NCBI GenBank assembly: GCA_000934665.2
Contig: JYFJ02002546.1
Location: 1-55,106, forward strand
Direction: 5' to 3'
Origin: Catajapyx aquilonaris
Taxonomy: Eukaryota
DNA length: 55,106 nucleotides
Shown piece by piece: positions 12,874 through 43,360 of this stretch. The notes under the pieces were generated by a model. That model worked only from the letters and a program-made list of their open reading frames with translations, had not been told where the DNA came from and searched no databases. Numbering within the stretch: the first letter of the stretch is position 1; each line of letters opens with the position of its first letter. The position numbers were made by a program, and so were the translations under genes.

Positions 12874-13771
12874 TGGCATATCTTGTCTGCCATCCATACT
12901 TGTGTAACAACACTCAGTTTTTTGAATGGCTCACTGCAGTAAAGTGTGTTGGCAGATCAAAACAAACAGTTCAGATATTGTTGTGTTTATGTGAGGTATT
13001 TCCTCATCTTGTAAGCTATTTTCATGATCTATTTTTGCATTCTAGAGAAAGAACATTACCCAAATAGGGGAGCAATCTGTTTGGCCGTTTTGAAATCTGT
13101 AGTAGCAGGGTATTTTGTTTAAATGGTGCATGATAGGATCAGGAAATGAAAAATTATTAAAAAGCTACATTTGCAAGTACTACAAGCTGATATATTCCTC
13201 TCAAAATTTTACAGAATTTCAGTTATTCCCTGTTGTAAATGTCTTCTCTAGGGATGATCAGTACTTGGTTTAATTGTTTAAGTGATGGTGCTAATTTTGC
13301 AGTTTCTATGTCTTGTACTTGTGATACGTTTTTTTTTTCACATTGCACAGTAGAGTTAGTGAATAATAGGCATTCTAATAAATTAGGTGTGATTTACTAT
13401 CAGTATGAAAATTAAATTAAAGCATTGATTTTTTGGCAGCTTCCTTGGCCATGTGATGTGATAGATAGTTGCAAATCAGCATTCCAAATCTAATGTACTG
13501 GCATAAACTGCATTTTAGCTTTGACTTCTGCACATTGATACTGTTAACAAGTGATTACTAATATTATCAGCTAGCAAATTACATGTCTTGTAAATTGCTG
13601 TCCATTTTGGATATGGCATCCTTGTGTGGCTCCAGAAATCGGATTGTATGTTTCCAAATATGTGTTCAGTGTTAGTGTTATGTTAACTAATGTATTCCCA
13701 TAATTTCCCTAGTGAACCTACATTTAGGTCTGAATGTTTGTTTTTTTCTGTAACAAGTCACACGGCTGCCT

Positions 13772-13924
13772 TGTGTGCTTATCAATTGCACAAATATGGT
13801 TATCTGAAACTGATTTAAAATGTGTGCTTATCAATTGCACGAATATGGTTATCTGAAACTGATTTAGGATGTGTGCTTATCAATTGCACGAATATGGTTA
13901 TCTGAAACTGATTTAGGATGTGTG
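13772..13924 (+). repeat. 49-bp tandem repeat, about 3 copies, in the putative TBCB 3'UTR
   Basis: tgtgtgcttatcaattgcacraatatggttatctgaaactgatttarra starting at 13772, 13821 and 13870. Confidence 0.95.
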
Positions 13925-13974
13925 TATCTCATTTGTGTTACACACACTGCATTCCACAATGTATTACTACTAGA

Positions 13975-13980
13975 AATAAA
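13975..13980 (+). terminator. Candidate poly(A) signal of TBCB
   Basis: AATAAA about 1.1 kb downstream of the stop, at the end of a T-rich UTR-like tract. Confidence 0.45.
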
Positions 13981-14129
13981 TACATTTTGACTACATGGTT
14001 GTAATTAATTACTGCATATGTTAGCACCAGTATGACACTTCCATTATTATTTCTTGGAACCCATGAAGCTTAGTTGGTCAAAATTGATTAGTCTTTGCTG
14101 TTGGGTCATGTGGAAGCCATTTACTAGTA

Positions 14130-14622
14130 CAGTTGAATCCTGATATAACAGCCTTGGCTATAACACACTGGAAAGGCTGGTCCCGGCATAGTTCTGTATA
14201 TTTCTGTGTATTTTTACCCCTGATAATGACACTCATTTTTCACCTCACCTCGGGTATAACAGAATGATTTCTTGGCCCCTCGAAAATATGCTGCTTTTGA
14301 TTACTTGACTTCCTTTCCCACATGAGGAAAGCACTGAATACTGGAGTGGTGATGATTTTACCATCTATCACTGATCTAACATTTGCCTAAAAGGTCAAAA
14401 TAATAATTTTTCTGGTATATTTTTGGCAAGAACGAGATGGCAGAAGAAAAATTATGCATTTTTGTGGATAGTTTCATTAATCAGTATGCATTATAGGCAT
14501 ATGGAAAGTAAAAAAACACTTTTTGTATTCGTTACAAAAGTGGTGATTCGGCTATAACAGACCTCCCTATAACATACTAATTTCCGTGGTCCCTTGAAGT
14601 CTGCTATATCCGGATTCAACTG
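14130..14622. mobile_element. pogo/Tigger-like MITE
   Basis: TA|cagttgaatcctgatataac ... gctatatccggattcaactg|TA, with subterminal tataac repeats. Confidence 0.8.
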
Positions 14623-14795
14623 TATAAATCATTATGTAGGTGATATGCAATGATGCCTGGTTGTGTAACACTGATGGAGGAATTGGGCAGTCTGGAGCCG
14701 ACGTATCCACACAGCATGCCACTGGGTACATTAGGACCATCCGCAAGAGGTCAACAAGTACATAACAGACTTCGCCTGATAATGTACAGATGTAC

Positions 14796-15750
14796 TTATT
14801 CGGAATTTATTTGACCGACCATGCCCATAAGGCCCAACAGCCAATTCATTCAACATTAACATAATTAATACAAAATAAAAACATCAACTTGGCTGCCACC
14901 AATCATCCAGACCACCAGTCATCAGTCCGTCATAAGCTCAGACCACCAGTCATCAGTCCATTATAAGTTCAATCATCTAAGCGTTTAGGACTACCTTGTC
15001 TGCCGCTAGGCAGAAGGTATTGAACTCCATAAAAAGACAGGTGACGAAGGCCGTCCTTGGGCACGGCCAACCCAGACCTCGTGACACGGCCGCACAAAGT
15101 AGGGGACCCCTGGCAGCCAGCACCTCCCGGATAGTGCAATTCCATAGCACATGATCAGCGTCCTGACGTCCTCCGTTGCAAGGGCATAGGGCATCCTCCT
15201 CCGTCCTTCATTTCAGCCTAAATCGAGCCAGGTAAGCCAGGAAAGGGCCATGGCCAGATATGATCCTAGCCACATGTTCGTGCAGGTGACGGTCGTCCTC
15301 CACCTCGGGAAGAAAGGCATGGCACCAATCCCCTCTCTCCGCCGCCCACCTCGTCTGCCAGTCCATCAGGGAACGGCGCCAACACCTCCTCCTCACTGCT
15401 GCTTCGGTCTCCGGCAGGAAAGCCCGTCCCACCACCAGATCCGCCGCTCGCCGCGCTTCGCTGTCCGCTCGCTCATTGCCTAGGATTCCAGCATGCCCCT
15501 TGGCCCAACATAGCGTCACCTCCGCCGAAATGGAGCGCAGTACCTCCCTCGTCCTGGCCGCCACCATTGAGGAGAGTCTGGGGTCTGCTAAAGTCTGCAG
15601 GGCCGACACAGAGTCGGACACAATCCACGTCACGCTACCTCCCGGAATTTGCATCTCCGCCAGCGTCTCAATGGCCCTCTCCAACATGTCCAACTCCACC
15701 TCGTATATTCCCGCCAAGGCTACAACCCGACTCCTTGGCAGTAAAATGTT
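14796..15750 (-). mobile_element. 5'-truncated non-LTR retrotransposon (RNase H plus CCHC finger; R1/LOA/I-group like), inactive
   Basis: RNase H motifs IYEVEL, SDSVSAL, CWAKGHAGILGNERAD, then ISGHGPF and an in-frame TGA followed by CPC...QDADHVLWNC; AATAAA-bearing 3' end near 14806. Confidence 0.88.
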
Positions 15751-16589
15751 TCAGATAAGACCAGCCGTACCTCCTGTTCCGTTTGCCTAATATTCCGTTA
15801 GCATAATAGATCCAGCAAAAACCACCAGTTTCTAGCATGATGGTTCTAGCAAAACCCACCAATTTCTAGGTTCCAATTGCTATCAAAATCCATCATTTTC
15901 TATCATGATAGTTCTCGCAAAAACCACCATGCTACGAGTAGGTTTCCTGAAACCATCATGCTAGTTTCAAGACCAGGGAGCGCAAATTGTTTCTGGTAAT
16001 TCGCCTCTTTCGAAACAAGATTTTTCGCAATTCAAAAAACACACCAACAACCACCAATTTACTATTGTGCAACAAGTACTGTACAGGCAGTCATTATCAA
16101 TGTGATAAGAGTCTGGTATGGTGCTCATCAGTTCTGGCATGGTGCTCATCAGTTCCAACATGACTATAATTGACTTGACTCTCGTGCCATTCTTGGTGGT
16201 AGGCAGCGTCCTGACCGCCCTGACAGTCGCAGGGAGTCTGTGCCTGCCCCTTTAGCTGTGACCTGGGTCATATTCAGATGGTTGTTCAGAAGGTTTTAAT
16301 AATCCATAGAGCAATGCCACGAAACAGTGATGCAGCATGTCCGTCCTGATGACCCCAAGGATGTGCTGACCACTCGCCTACGTCACATTCATAGATAATG
16401 ATACCTGCCACTACGTTTGGCTAGGGGCATACTACCTCACATCGAGAGATATACTGTATATCTAAGTACTGTCGTGCTCTGTACAGTCTCATTACGAAAG
16501 CTCCGACAGATGGAGACCGAGGTAGGGCCTGGCCACAGACCAAAAACGTAATACTAGGGCCTTTCAGGTCAAAGGTCAGCCGGCAACAA

Positions 16590-17390
16590 ACCATTGAAAA
16601 TGCCCTAAAAATTGTGCCGAATCATTTGCATGTGCTGGTGAATTTATTGGACCTATAGTTTAAATTCTGGGGGCGATTAATTGGGGGGCTATTAGGTTTG
16701 AGAATGGAACTCCCTGGTATAAGACAAATTATGTAGGGACTATGGGGTGCGTAGGGTGGGGGCTGCCGGGATGGACAACACAAGCGAAGCCACTTGATCA
16801 TTTTTATGACTTTTTTCTTCGAAAAAAGTGACCGCCCCCTCCCATTAAGCAGGTGTCTTAAAAATGTCCCAAAAAAAATGTAAAGAAAGAGCGCCACAAA
16901 ATTCAACAATCACCATAAAATATTTGATTTAGGTTACATTTTTAGCCTTATTAGTGCGTTAATAAGTAAAAGAATGTGATAATTTGTGTTTCAGTATATT
17001 CTTAAAAAATATTTGTGTGCCAAAAACAAACAAAAAATGTTATGATTTCTTTTCTTGTGATTTGTTTTTTTTTTTAATTGTGGTATAAAAATTTCCCCAA
17101 GGTGACTACTTGCTACTTTGAAGGTGGCAAATGTTAATGTTTTCATGAACACAGTCCGGGAACTTTTCGATCACACCTCATACACTTTTAAATTTTGTTC
17201 TTTTCATGACAACTATTCACATGGCAATCAATGATATACATGAGAGCTTCATTAGTACTAAAAAATAACGAAGTATTCTGTACGGTCGGGCATGGGAGAG
17301 GGTCCTGGCCCCTGGGACAGGGGGGTGGAGGGGGGCGGGTGACACCACGAGTTGCCGCACCGGGTGACAACAACACTAGCGACGCCACTG
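16590..17390. mobile_element. hAT-like non-autonomous element fragment
   Basis: Terminus gcaccgggtgacaacaacactagcgacgccactg, of the CAGTGGCGT-ended MITE type; left boundary uncertain. Confidence 0.45.
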
Positions 17391-17529
17391 ACCCTGCCTA
17401 TATTATTGTGGCAAGTTTCATTCAACAACTCCATCTACAATGAGTGAGCTTTCCAAGTTGTTAGTTAAACTTGCCTGCTTAATCACCCTAGTCTAGGTTG
17501 TTCCCATTGGTAGATCCTTGCATCACTAA

Positions 17530-17676
17530 GGGCCGTTTTCTCGAACAGTGGTTCAAATGTAAACCCGGTTCAAAGCCGATTTAAACCCTTGACAACAGCC
17601 TAACAACAATCAAATCAGGGATTAAACTGGCTTTGAACCTGGTTTACATTTGAACCACTGTTCGAGAAAACGGCCC
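17530..17676. mobile_element. PIF/Harbinger-type palindromic MITE
   Basis: TAA|gggccgttttctcgaacagtgg ... ccactgttcgagaaaacggccc|TAA. Confidence 0.88.
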
Positions 17677-18443
17677 TAATCCACCATGCTGCCTAATAAA
17701 ACACAATCTGAAGTTCTGAACACATGGTCCTTGTATCTATTTTGTGCCAAACAAAACAATGTGTCAGTGGAAACAGGCTTCAGTGGCCAAAATATAAATG
17801 GAATAAAATATTTCTCGTCATTCTGCAAATATTTACTTGACTGCAGTGTGTTTTTTTCTGTATGATACACTCATTTTGTAGATCTACAGTGAAAGATCCT
17901 TGATATTGTGATTTTTCCCAGAAAATCTACAATGTAGGCCGGTATGAGGCTGAACCCCTGGTTCTTTATCAGCCACCCAGTCCTCTATATGCTTAGTAGC
18001 CACATGTCCATATTCTCATTTTAGCTGCAGCACATTATCTTGAACTTGAAGATACCGGTAATGATAATAATGTTTGTTCTGTTGTCATATTGAAAGCTAT
18101 AATAATAATAATCGGATAATAGTTTGAGTAAGGAACTTGGCAGTACAATATAGCATGTATTATCATGTGACATTGAACTTGCCCTGTTGGCATCATCCCA
18201 AGTAGATTGTAGCAGCTTTCTGTTCCCAGCATAATGAAAGACTCGCGTCACAAGTTGGCCTAAGTCCAAGCAGCTGGTTCCTCATTCCTAACACTGACCC
18301 ATCAAGGGCAGCTAGTGAAAGTGGCTTAAGGCAGTGTTGACTTCGTGGGAGTGTGTTGCAGTGAATTGCAAGCTTAAAAGGGAAAGCAGCAGTGTTTGGA
18401 ACTGAATCTAGAGCATTGTGGAGTGTGGTGTGTCGCAGAAAAG

Positions 18444-28407
<9,964 letters not shown>

Positions 28408-29137
28408 CCGTGTTAACTGTCCTGTAGTTGTCATATTTCGATTCCATTTAGTAAATGACACAATCACAGTAGCTTAAATTTAATCGAAACACTTTAACTA
28501 TAGCAAGCAGCAGTTTGACACAGAAATTCAACTACAGAATGGAATGGATTTTTATGCATTCACACTTCTTTAAACAAGGAGCTTTTCCTCGAGCATTCAA
28601 TGTAACGAAGGTGAGGAGAATGAACATAAGCATCCCTCCAATTGTGGTGACAAACCCAAGTCAGTATATCCATTGGGTGATACTACCTCCTTCCAAGGAC
28701 CATCCTGCTTATGGCAAGCTTTGGCCCAGCATTAGGAGATAGCCAGCAAAACCACTTACTTCCCCTGAATGCTACTAAGGTTTAGGGACCAAAATAATGA
28801 GTGTGTTTCCATGGGACTAAAAATTGGCCTGGCCCAGGCCCCCTAAGCAAGGGCTGTATACGCAAAGCCTGCTCCCACTTTTGCCACTGCTACATGGGAC
28901 TGACTCTCTTGCTGGAAAGGTAGCCCACTCGGAAGCTCCCAGGCTGTCCCCTCAGCCAATCAGCACCATCGTCTTACGTAGACCACCCGATCCAAAAGGC
29001 ATGGGCAAAGCCCAAGTACTGGCTCAGTTAAAGCCGGTCCAACGTAGATCCAGCAGCTACATGGGAGTAAACGGTTCGCCTAGCAAAGGCAGCCGTAGCT
29101 AGGCTGATATTTAGTCCCATTTTCTAAGCTTAAAGAC

Positions 29138-29260
29138 AAAGGGTGGAATTTTCGTCCCACTGATAGTTACTGCTACCCACTGCTAACTTAGCAGTACCAC
29201 TGCCAACACTGGTACTGTTAAGTTAGCAGTAACTAGCAGTGGGACGAAAATTTGACCTTT
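29138..29260. repeat. Small palindromic element
   Basis: attttcgtcccactgatagttactgcta / tagcagtaactagcagtgggacgaaaat. Confidence 0.75.
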
Positions 29261-29937
29261 ACTTCCTGGTTAGGAAGGTCAAATCTTCCTCTACTCTGAA
29301 GTAAGAAAATAATTGTAATATTCACGGTATAAATATATTTTCTCAATTTTTAGAGGACCCTCTGTAATTGGCCTAACAGGGCCACAGATTCTATGTAAGG
29401 CCACTTCTTCTGGGTGTGTCATAAATGAGCCTTGTGTGATACGATTGTCAGGTTTTCTCATTATTGTCTCTAAACTCTTCTGTATTGATATACTGACCTC
29501 AGACTGCAATACAAACTATTCATAACTGTATAGTTGCATAATTTACAAATCATTTAACTGCCTGGTACACCTACCATCCCCCCAAAAGATGTTAGAAACC
29601 TTTCTTGTAATTCCACCAGTGACTCATGCTGTAAATGGATGCATAACAGCTAGTGACAAAATAAAGATAATATTTCAAGGCAACCATTCACTTTATATTC
29701 ACAAGTGCATACATAGGATTTATATACATCTGATTCGACTCACTCAGCTGTCTGTCATGCTGCACCCATTCAGTAAACCCAAATTAATCAAAAAGAAAAA
29801 ACAATATTATGCATGAGGGTTCAATGACAACGAGAAATACTTTCTTGTTTCTTCTATGCACTGCAGTGTCTTTGGAATTGCTTCTCATGATGCTTAGTAG
29901 TGTAATGGTAGGTAAGATAAGTAATGGAATACAAAAT

Positions 29938-30895
29938 CAGGGTTGTGAACTGAACCGAACCCTTGCTCCGTGAACCCGATAACATCGGAGCCACTCCGGA
30001 GCAGTAGAGCCGGGTCCGGAGCGAGCGTTGGAGCTTGGTTCAGGTTCGAGCTGGTTCGGGGGGGAGAGTGGAGCCAAGGTCAGAGCGGGTTCAGAGTTTG
30101 GTTGGGAGCTTGCCAGCTTGGTCAGGCGTTTGGTTCGGGCCAACGCCTCCGGAGTTGAACCCGGTTCCAGAGGGAGGTTCGGAGTGGTTCAGAGCTTGGT
30201 TAGGTCCAACATACCAACGCAACGGGGGGAAAGGTAGAAAAACTGCTGGATTTACTCCAGCGTATGCATCATGTTTTCATGGTAGCAGAATGACATTTCC
30301 AAGCACCCGTGATACAGGGTGTACCGCAAATGTCACATTTTTATGTCATACGCATTTTTGTATGTCACAATATGTCATACCCATTTTTTGGATGTCACAT
30401 TATGATGTCATACCAAGAGCTAATGGTCATATGCATTTGTTGTATGTTACAATATGATATTGTAATGTACAAAAATGCATATGACATAAAAATGTGACAT
30501 TTGCGGTACACCCTGTATCGCGGGTGCTTGGAAATGTCATTCTGGTACCATGAAAACATGATGCATACGTTGGAGCCAATCCAGTGGTTTTTCTGCCTCT
30601 CCCCCCCCCGTTGCGTTGGTATGTTGGACCTAACCAAGCTCTGAACCACTCCGAACCTCCCTCCGGAACCAGGTTCAACTCCGGAGACGTTGGCCCAAAC
30701 CAAACGCCGGACCAAGCTGGCAAGCTCCCAACCAAACTCTGGACCCGCTCCGACCTTGGCTCCACTCTCCCCCCCAAACCGGCTCGAACCCGAACCAAGC
30801 TCAGACGCTCGCTCCGGACCCGGCTTGACTGCTCCGGAGTGACTCCGATGTTATCGGGTTCATGGAGCAAGGGTTCGGTTCGGTTCACAACCCTG
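29938..30895. mobile_element. 958-bp palindromic hAT-type element with 8-bp TSD
   Basis: TACAAAAT|cagggttgtgaac ... gttcacaaccctg|TACAAAAT; arms of about 375 bp pair throughout and are rich in GGTTC motifs. Confidence 0.92.
30315..30515. mobile_element. Tc1/mariner MITE at the symmetry axis of the hAT palindrome
   Basis: TA|cagggtgtaccgcaaatgtcacattttt ... aaaaatgtgacatttgcggtacaccctg|TA. Confidence 0.88.
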
Positions 30896-31199
30896 TACAA
30901 AATCATAAAATATCGTAATGGGGCATTTTAAGATGACAGCCTTACAGGCACAAGAAAACTTAAGGCATCATAATACTGAATAACTTATGTTGCAAGGTGT
31001 TGTGTGTAAAAAAAAGTGTCACTTCTTTTTAAATTAAATTAGCATCACAACCAGAAAAAAAGGTTGCATATTTTACTAGGCATCAAGGACCACAGGAAAG
31101 TGGGCAACGCATATGTGTTTGTGAAACTCTTGTGTGTTAGATGTAGGGTACTGGGAATTTTTAAAATATGTGGTGAAGATGTGTGCACAGAACTTATCA

Positions 31200-38992
<7,793 letters not shown>

Positions 38993-38999
38993 AACTGGA

Positions 39000-39510
39000 T
39001 GCTTCTGCAGACACAGCTGTCGGCGCTACAACTTCCTGGCGGCTGCCAATAAGTCCTCCTTTTCAACCTGAAGCTGACCCACAGCCGTCTGTTAAAAAGT
39101 TATAAGCAGATGAGGATTAACCAGCTTAAAACAGGTACACAACTGCACCCACCACTGCTGGTCCGTGATCGCAGGTGTCAATCCTACGAAACGTCACACC
39201 GTTTCCGAAGTCACAGGACACGAACAAGCTGGGCAAGTCCCTAGCAACACCGTGATGCCCACCTTTCTCTGCCAGAGACTACACTCTCTGCCTTCTGCCA
39301 GGCTCACACCATTACCTTTACTTGCGTTCAGTCAGCGGAGACTGCAGGTGACTGAAGTGGCGACGGACTCGCTTTTACGTCACTGATGAAACTTCCCTGG
39401 CCCTCTGGTGACTAAGATGACCATTGGCGATGGAGGTTCTTTTGGCGGGGTGTTCGCTGGTCATTGGCTGGCTGCGAGTGGCGCTGGGGTAGCATGTCGC
39501 GGGTATATGA
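39000..39510 (-). promoter_or_regulatory. CpG-rich Rab4 5'UTR/promoter region
   Basis: Visibly CpG-richer than the flanking gene bodies and directly upstream of the Rab4 ATG. Candidate UTR acceptor near 39068 and donor near 39315. TSS not pinned. Confidence 0.45.
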
Positions 39511-40390
39511 ACTCTATTACAGTTTTTAGAGGGATACCAAGGTGATACGGAGGGATATTTGGGAGGGGTATGGAGAGGAAAGGTTCCCAGTAGTGCATAG
39601 TTTTGGTTTGTAATTTGCTGGAGGGGAATTCAATAATAGCTTTCATGGGCGGTTGGATTATGGAAATTAATAACTGCCAATGAGTGTCAGTGCAAGCAGA
39701 TTTCAGATAAGTGCAAAGGGGATTTAGAGGATTTGTATGCATTAAGAGGATTTAAGTGAGGGGGTTTACAGATATGCTGTATAGCAAAATGATGGGGATG
39801 GATCATATAGGCTCTAATGCAAATATTGAGTAGTGGAGAGCATAACGACCTTGACGTCCTCTACAACACAATTGACCTGGTTCATTCACATACCTTATTT
39901 CGCCTTGCTTGTAACAATGTCAATTGTTGGGCACACCAAATCAACATGACACTTTTCAACCTGCCCGCACATGGATGATATATGTAAGGCAAATTTGCAA
40001 AGTTCAGTATTGGCTAATAGGAACTGTACGGTATACATATGGCGCACGCACAATTTTCGTTTGGGGGGGGGGGGGGTGTCAGAAGTCAGAACCGTTAGGG
40101 CCGTATATAGTTGAATTTGAAAATTACATTACATTTACTTCTTGTCGGAGTCCTCAATAAAATTATGGAAAAATTTATTGTTTTTATTCCGGGTATACGG
40201 TACCATTCCACGTAAAAAAAAGTCAAGTTATACAAATTCATTAAAATTCACAAAATAATAATTTTGGGATTTGCTCATTTGCTGCATAGTTTGCTGGCAT
40301 ATGCAGCTTTTCATGAAGGATACTCTTTTTCATAAGGAGAGATAGAGCAAGATCATCTATGAATTCTGTATACTTGTACTGTACAATTAC

Positions 40391-40690
40391 AGGGGTTGGA
40401 CAAAATAACAGGTAGAGCCTACACCTGCAAAAAGGGGTTGAAAATTCCCGTGTTTTATTCGAAAACTGGAAAGGTTAGAAGATGACTTTTACCAGGTTTT
40501 GATGCTCTGTCGATGTGCATTTGTCGAGGTATGCAGATGACCAGATGACGCAAAAATCCTGAGAGGGGGAGAGAAACAAAAGACGAACGAAACCCCCCAG
40601 GCTCCATTTTTGATCAAGTGTTCTAGCCTTATCATTTGAAAACCAAAACAACCTTTACTGGGTTTTGAAGCTTATCGATGCCACTTTGTG
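40391..40690. mobile_element. Tc1-like MITE fragment
   Basis: TA|caggggttggacaaaataa terminus; the other end was not found. Confidence 0.4.
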
Positions 40691-40935
40691 AGGCAAGAGT
40701 TATTAGCTCTTGGTAACATAGGCTATGTAAGTACTAGTGGTACTAGTAGGCCTACAGTAGAGTATAATACCAATAATCTCAGGATGTGTAAGTGATGCAG
40801 AAACTCTCATTAGTTGAGGACACATGTTGTAGTCCTCTTTGAGATGCATCCTGGACGTGCTCACACACACTAAGGCTACTCAATAACTGGCGGACCGATG
40901 GACCATGGTCCAGATCCGAACCCTGAGACAATATA

Positions 40936-41859
40936 GGGAGAGCGAGGAGAGTGGTCCACGGGGCGCAGTTATTGTCCTTTCTATTTTAAAAATATAAAAA
41001 ACTGGAATAACACATCTTCATCTGATACCTCGTGAAACAAGTCACTATTGTGTATCCTGCCAATATGACAGCCACCTCTGAGATGCATGCGATCCTGCTG
41101 TATCAGGGAAAATCTACTTTAAGGGTAGTGAAGTTACTTCTAACGCTAACCCACAGTTTAAATGCCATGCCAGGCGTAGATGCTGGGCATGATCCCGATG
41201 TAAATATGTTGTTGAATATAGGACCATCCTTTGTGCATAAATGCTGGAAATTTGAAAAGCGCCATTTGCAATGTAAGCTATGATTCATAACATCATGTCA
41301 GTTGCTGCCCTCTGGAGCACAGTGGTCCATGGACCAGCATGCACCTCTTTGTGGATGACCGTGCCCCTTTTGCCTCTGTAGCTGCACAGAATTAATGTCA
41401 TCATAGGTTTACATACTAATGGTTTTGACTGACACTATTATAAATAAGTTCATGCGCCGAAGGATGTGGCAGGACAAGGTCTATATTCCGGAGAGAAACG
41501 ATGTTTCACTTATGTCCACAGGTTGCAGTAACAGAAGTCCCTTTTTTATTTCCTATTTATTTAGAGGGGTTAGACGTACGATAAAAAATAAAATTTACTT
41601 CTTGTGTGAATTAGGGGTCCCAATCACTTCCGGACCACTGTGCCCCAGGCATTGGGGTGCATTGGTCCATTTGCATAGGGCAGCTTATATGCGAATATGT
41701 TAGTGACGTCAAAAGCTAATGATAATTATCTCTTGGTGATGTATATTACCAATGAGAACTCCCCCCCCCATGCCAGAAAATATTGGATCTGTAGATGTAA
41801 CAGAAACTCTTATAAAAATTCAGATGTGCAAAAGTGGACCAATGTGCCCCGGTCACCCG
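40936..41859. mobile_element. Degenerate TA-flanked DNA transposon remnant
   Basis: Diverged TIRs gggagagcgaggagagtggtccac / gtggaccaatgtgccccggtcacccg, with repeated GGTCCA/TGGACC motifs. Confidence 0.5.
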
Positions 41860-42198
41860 TATATTTTGTCCAGGCTGTGTCCATGTCTACATAAGAAAGG
41901 AAAAATCTACAAATTCATACGTACAATAGTACAATGACTGCAATTATGGTTTTCTTTATGAGATTCAAGGGGTTTCCTGGTAACCATCCTGCATCATGGA
42001 ATCAAGAAGCACATGGAATTAATTTCCTGCATTCAGAACAGAAGGTTGATGCCGCATGGAGTCTTATTTGCATCCTGCCACCGATCCCAGCCAAATTCCT
42101 AGTAATATCTCATTCAGTTCGGTGCTTACAAAGTGAGCAGTTGCACAAGTGTTGTGTGCTCTGTGCCTGACTCTGGTGTGGAGCATGCAAAAATGTTA

Positions 42199-42697
42199 CA
42201 GTAAAACTTCTATGAGTCAAACTTCCCTAACTCGAATTTCTATAACTCGAAGTGCAGGCAGGGCCATACGATGGGATATCAATGCATTTTCAGTCTCCCT
42301 AAGTCGAAGTTCATGTAAGTACAGAAAATTTTCTCATTTCCCAGCCGAAGGGTCGAGAGTAGGCCACATGTACAGAAAGGCTCAATTTCCTGATCTCCAT
42401 CTACCAGATGTACCGAAAGAAGTGTTTGACTCGATTGTGACAATTTAATCCTTGAATCTAAGAGTAGGCAAATGTCCATAATGGAGATTTTTTTTTACAA
42501 CAAAACAAAGAGGAACATTGTAAGTGTGATAGTGACAGTTGTTAAGTTTTGAACACCTTTCGTCACTGGATGTAAAGGTACAGGCTTCCTTATAGAGTAA
42601 TGTGCTTAAAAAACGCCAAACTTCTCTAACTCGAATCTTCTATAACTCGAAGTTTTTTCCCGGTCCCATGGAGATTCGAATTCTAGAAGTTTTACTG
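42199..42697. mobile_element. pogo/Tigger-like MITE
   Basis: TA|cagtaaaacttcta ... tagaagttttactg|TA, with taactcgaa subterminal repeats. Confidence 0.85.
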
Positions 42698-43107
42698 TAT
42701 TTGTTGAGTAGCACTGCCCTAAACTGTTTAAGGCCCAGCCTGAGGCATTAACTGGCATACTCCTAACTGTTTGTCAACTCTGCACCACATTATTTAATAC
42801 ATTATTACTATGCAAGTTTTAACATTATTATGAGGAGTAAACTACTAATCTGCCTTGCTCAGCCAAAAAGCTATGTTGCATTATTGGTCGAGTGTGAACC
42901 CACTTACCTGACATTAGCTGCAACTCAGGCCAGAAACCCGAGCTCCCATGAGATGTTCAGAGAGATGGTTTTTATCAGTCTTGGTAGGATGACCAGAGTT
43001 TATCATGTCCCACCTGATCTCCCTGTACTTGTTGTATACCAAATTTTTATATACAAAAATGAACACAAGCCATAATAATAAGAATAAGAATAAGAATAAT
43101 AATATAA

Positions 43108-43360
43108 GGGCGACATGGTGGCAAAATGGTTAAAGCCACAGCCTTCCATCTCTGTGGCTCCAAGTTCGATCCCCGGATCGGACAGAGGATACTTATGTGG
43201 ATAGTTTCAATGGGCTCTCTCCATGTTTGCGTGGATTTTTTCGGGGTTCTCCTGTTTCCTCCCACAATCAAAATCCATCACAGCGCAGGCAATGATTAAA
43301 GACGTTTCATGAAAAAATGATCCCCTAGTATCCTAAGGGTATCCATTATGTATCATTAAT
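43108..43360 (+). mobile_element. V-domain-like SINE, second copy
   Basis: Collinear with the 32294 copy (gggcgacatggtggc...aagttcgatcccc...gtggattttttcggggttctcctgtttcctcccac). Confidence 0.8.

Noticed and set aside
12871..12900. Stop-codon readthrough or selenocysteine recoding in the three genes
   Set aside because: All three end at family-typical lengths with TAG or TAA and have no in-frame TGA.
13772..13924. CRISPR-like array
   Set aside because: Head-to-tail 49-bp units with no unique spacers, no cas genes, and eukaryotic context.
18240..18300. UPB1 core promoter (CAGCTG plus TCATTC Inr-like)
   Set aside because: The motifs are short enough to occur by chance and there are no TSS data.
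29937..30931. Cluster of 60-159 aa ORFs on both strands
   Set aside because: Mirror-image products of the GC-rich palindrome with no protein motif. The same applies to ORF pairs at 1924/1931, 21226 and 53978/53986.
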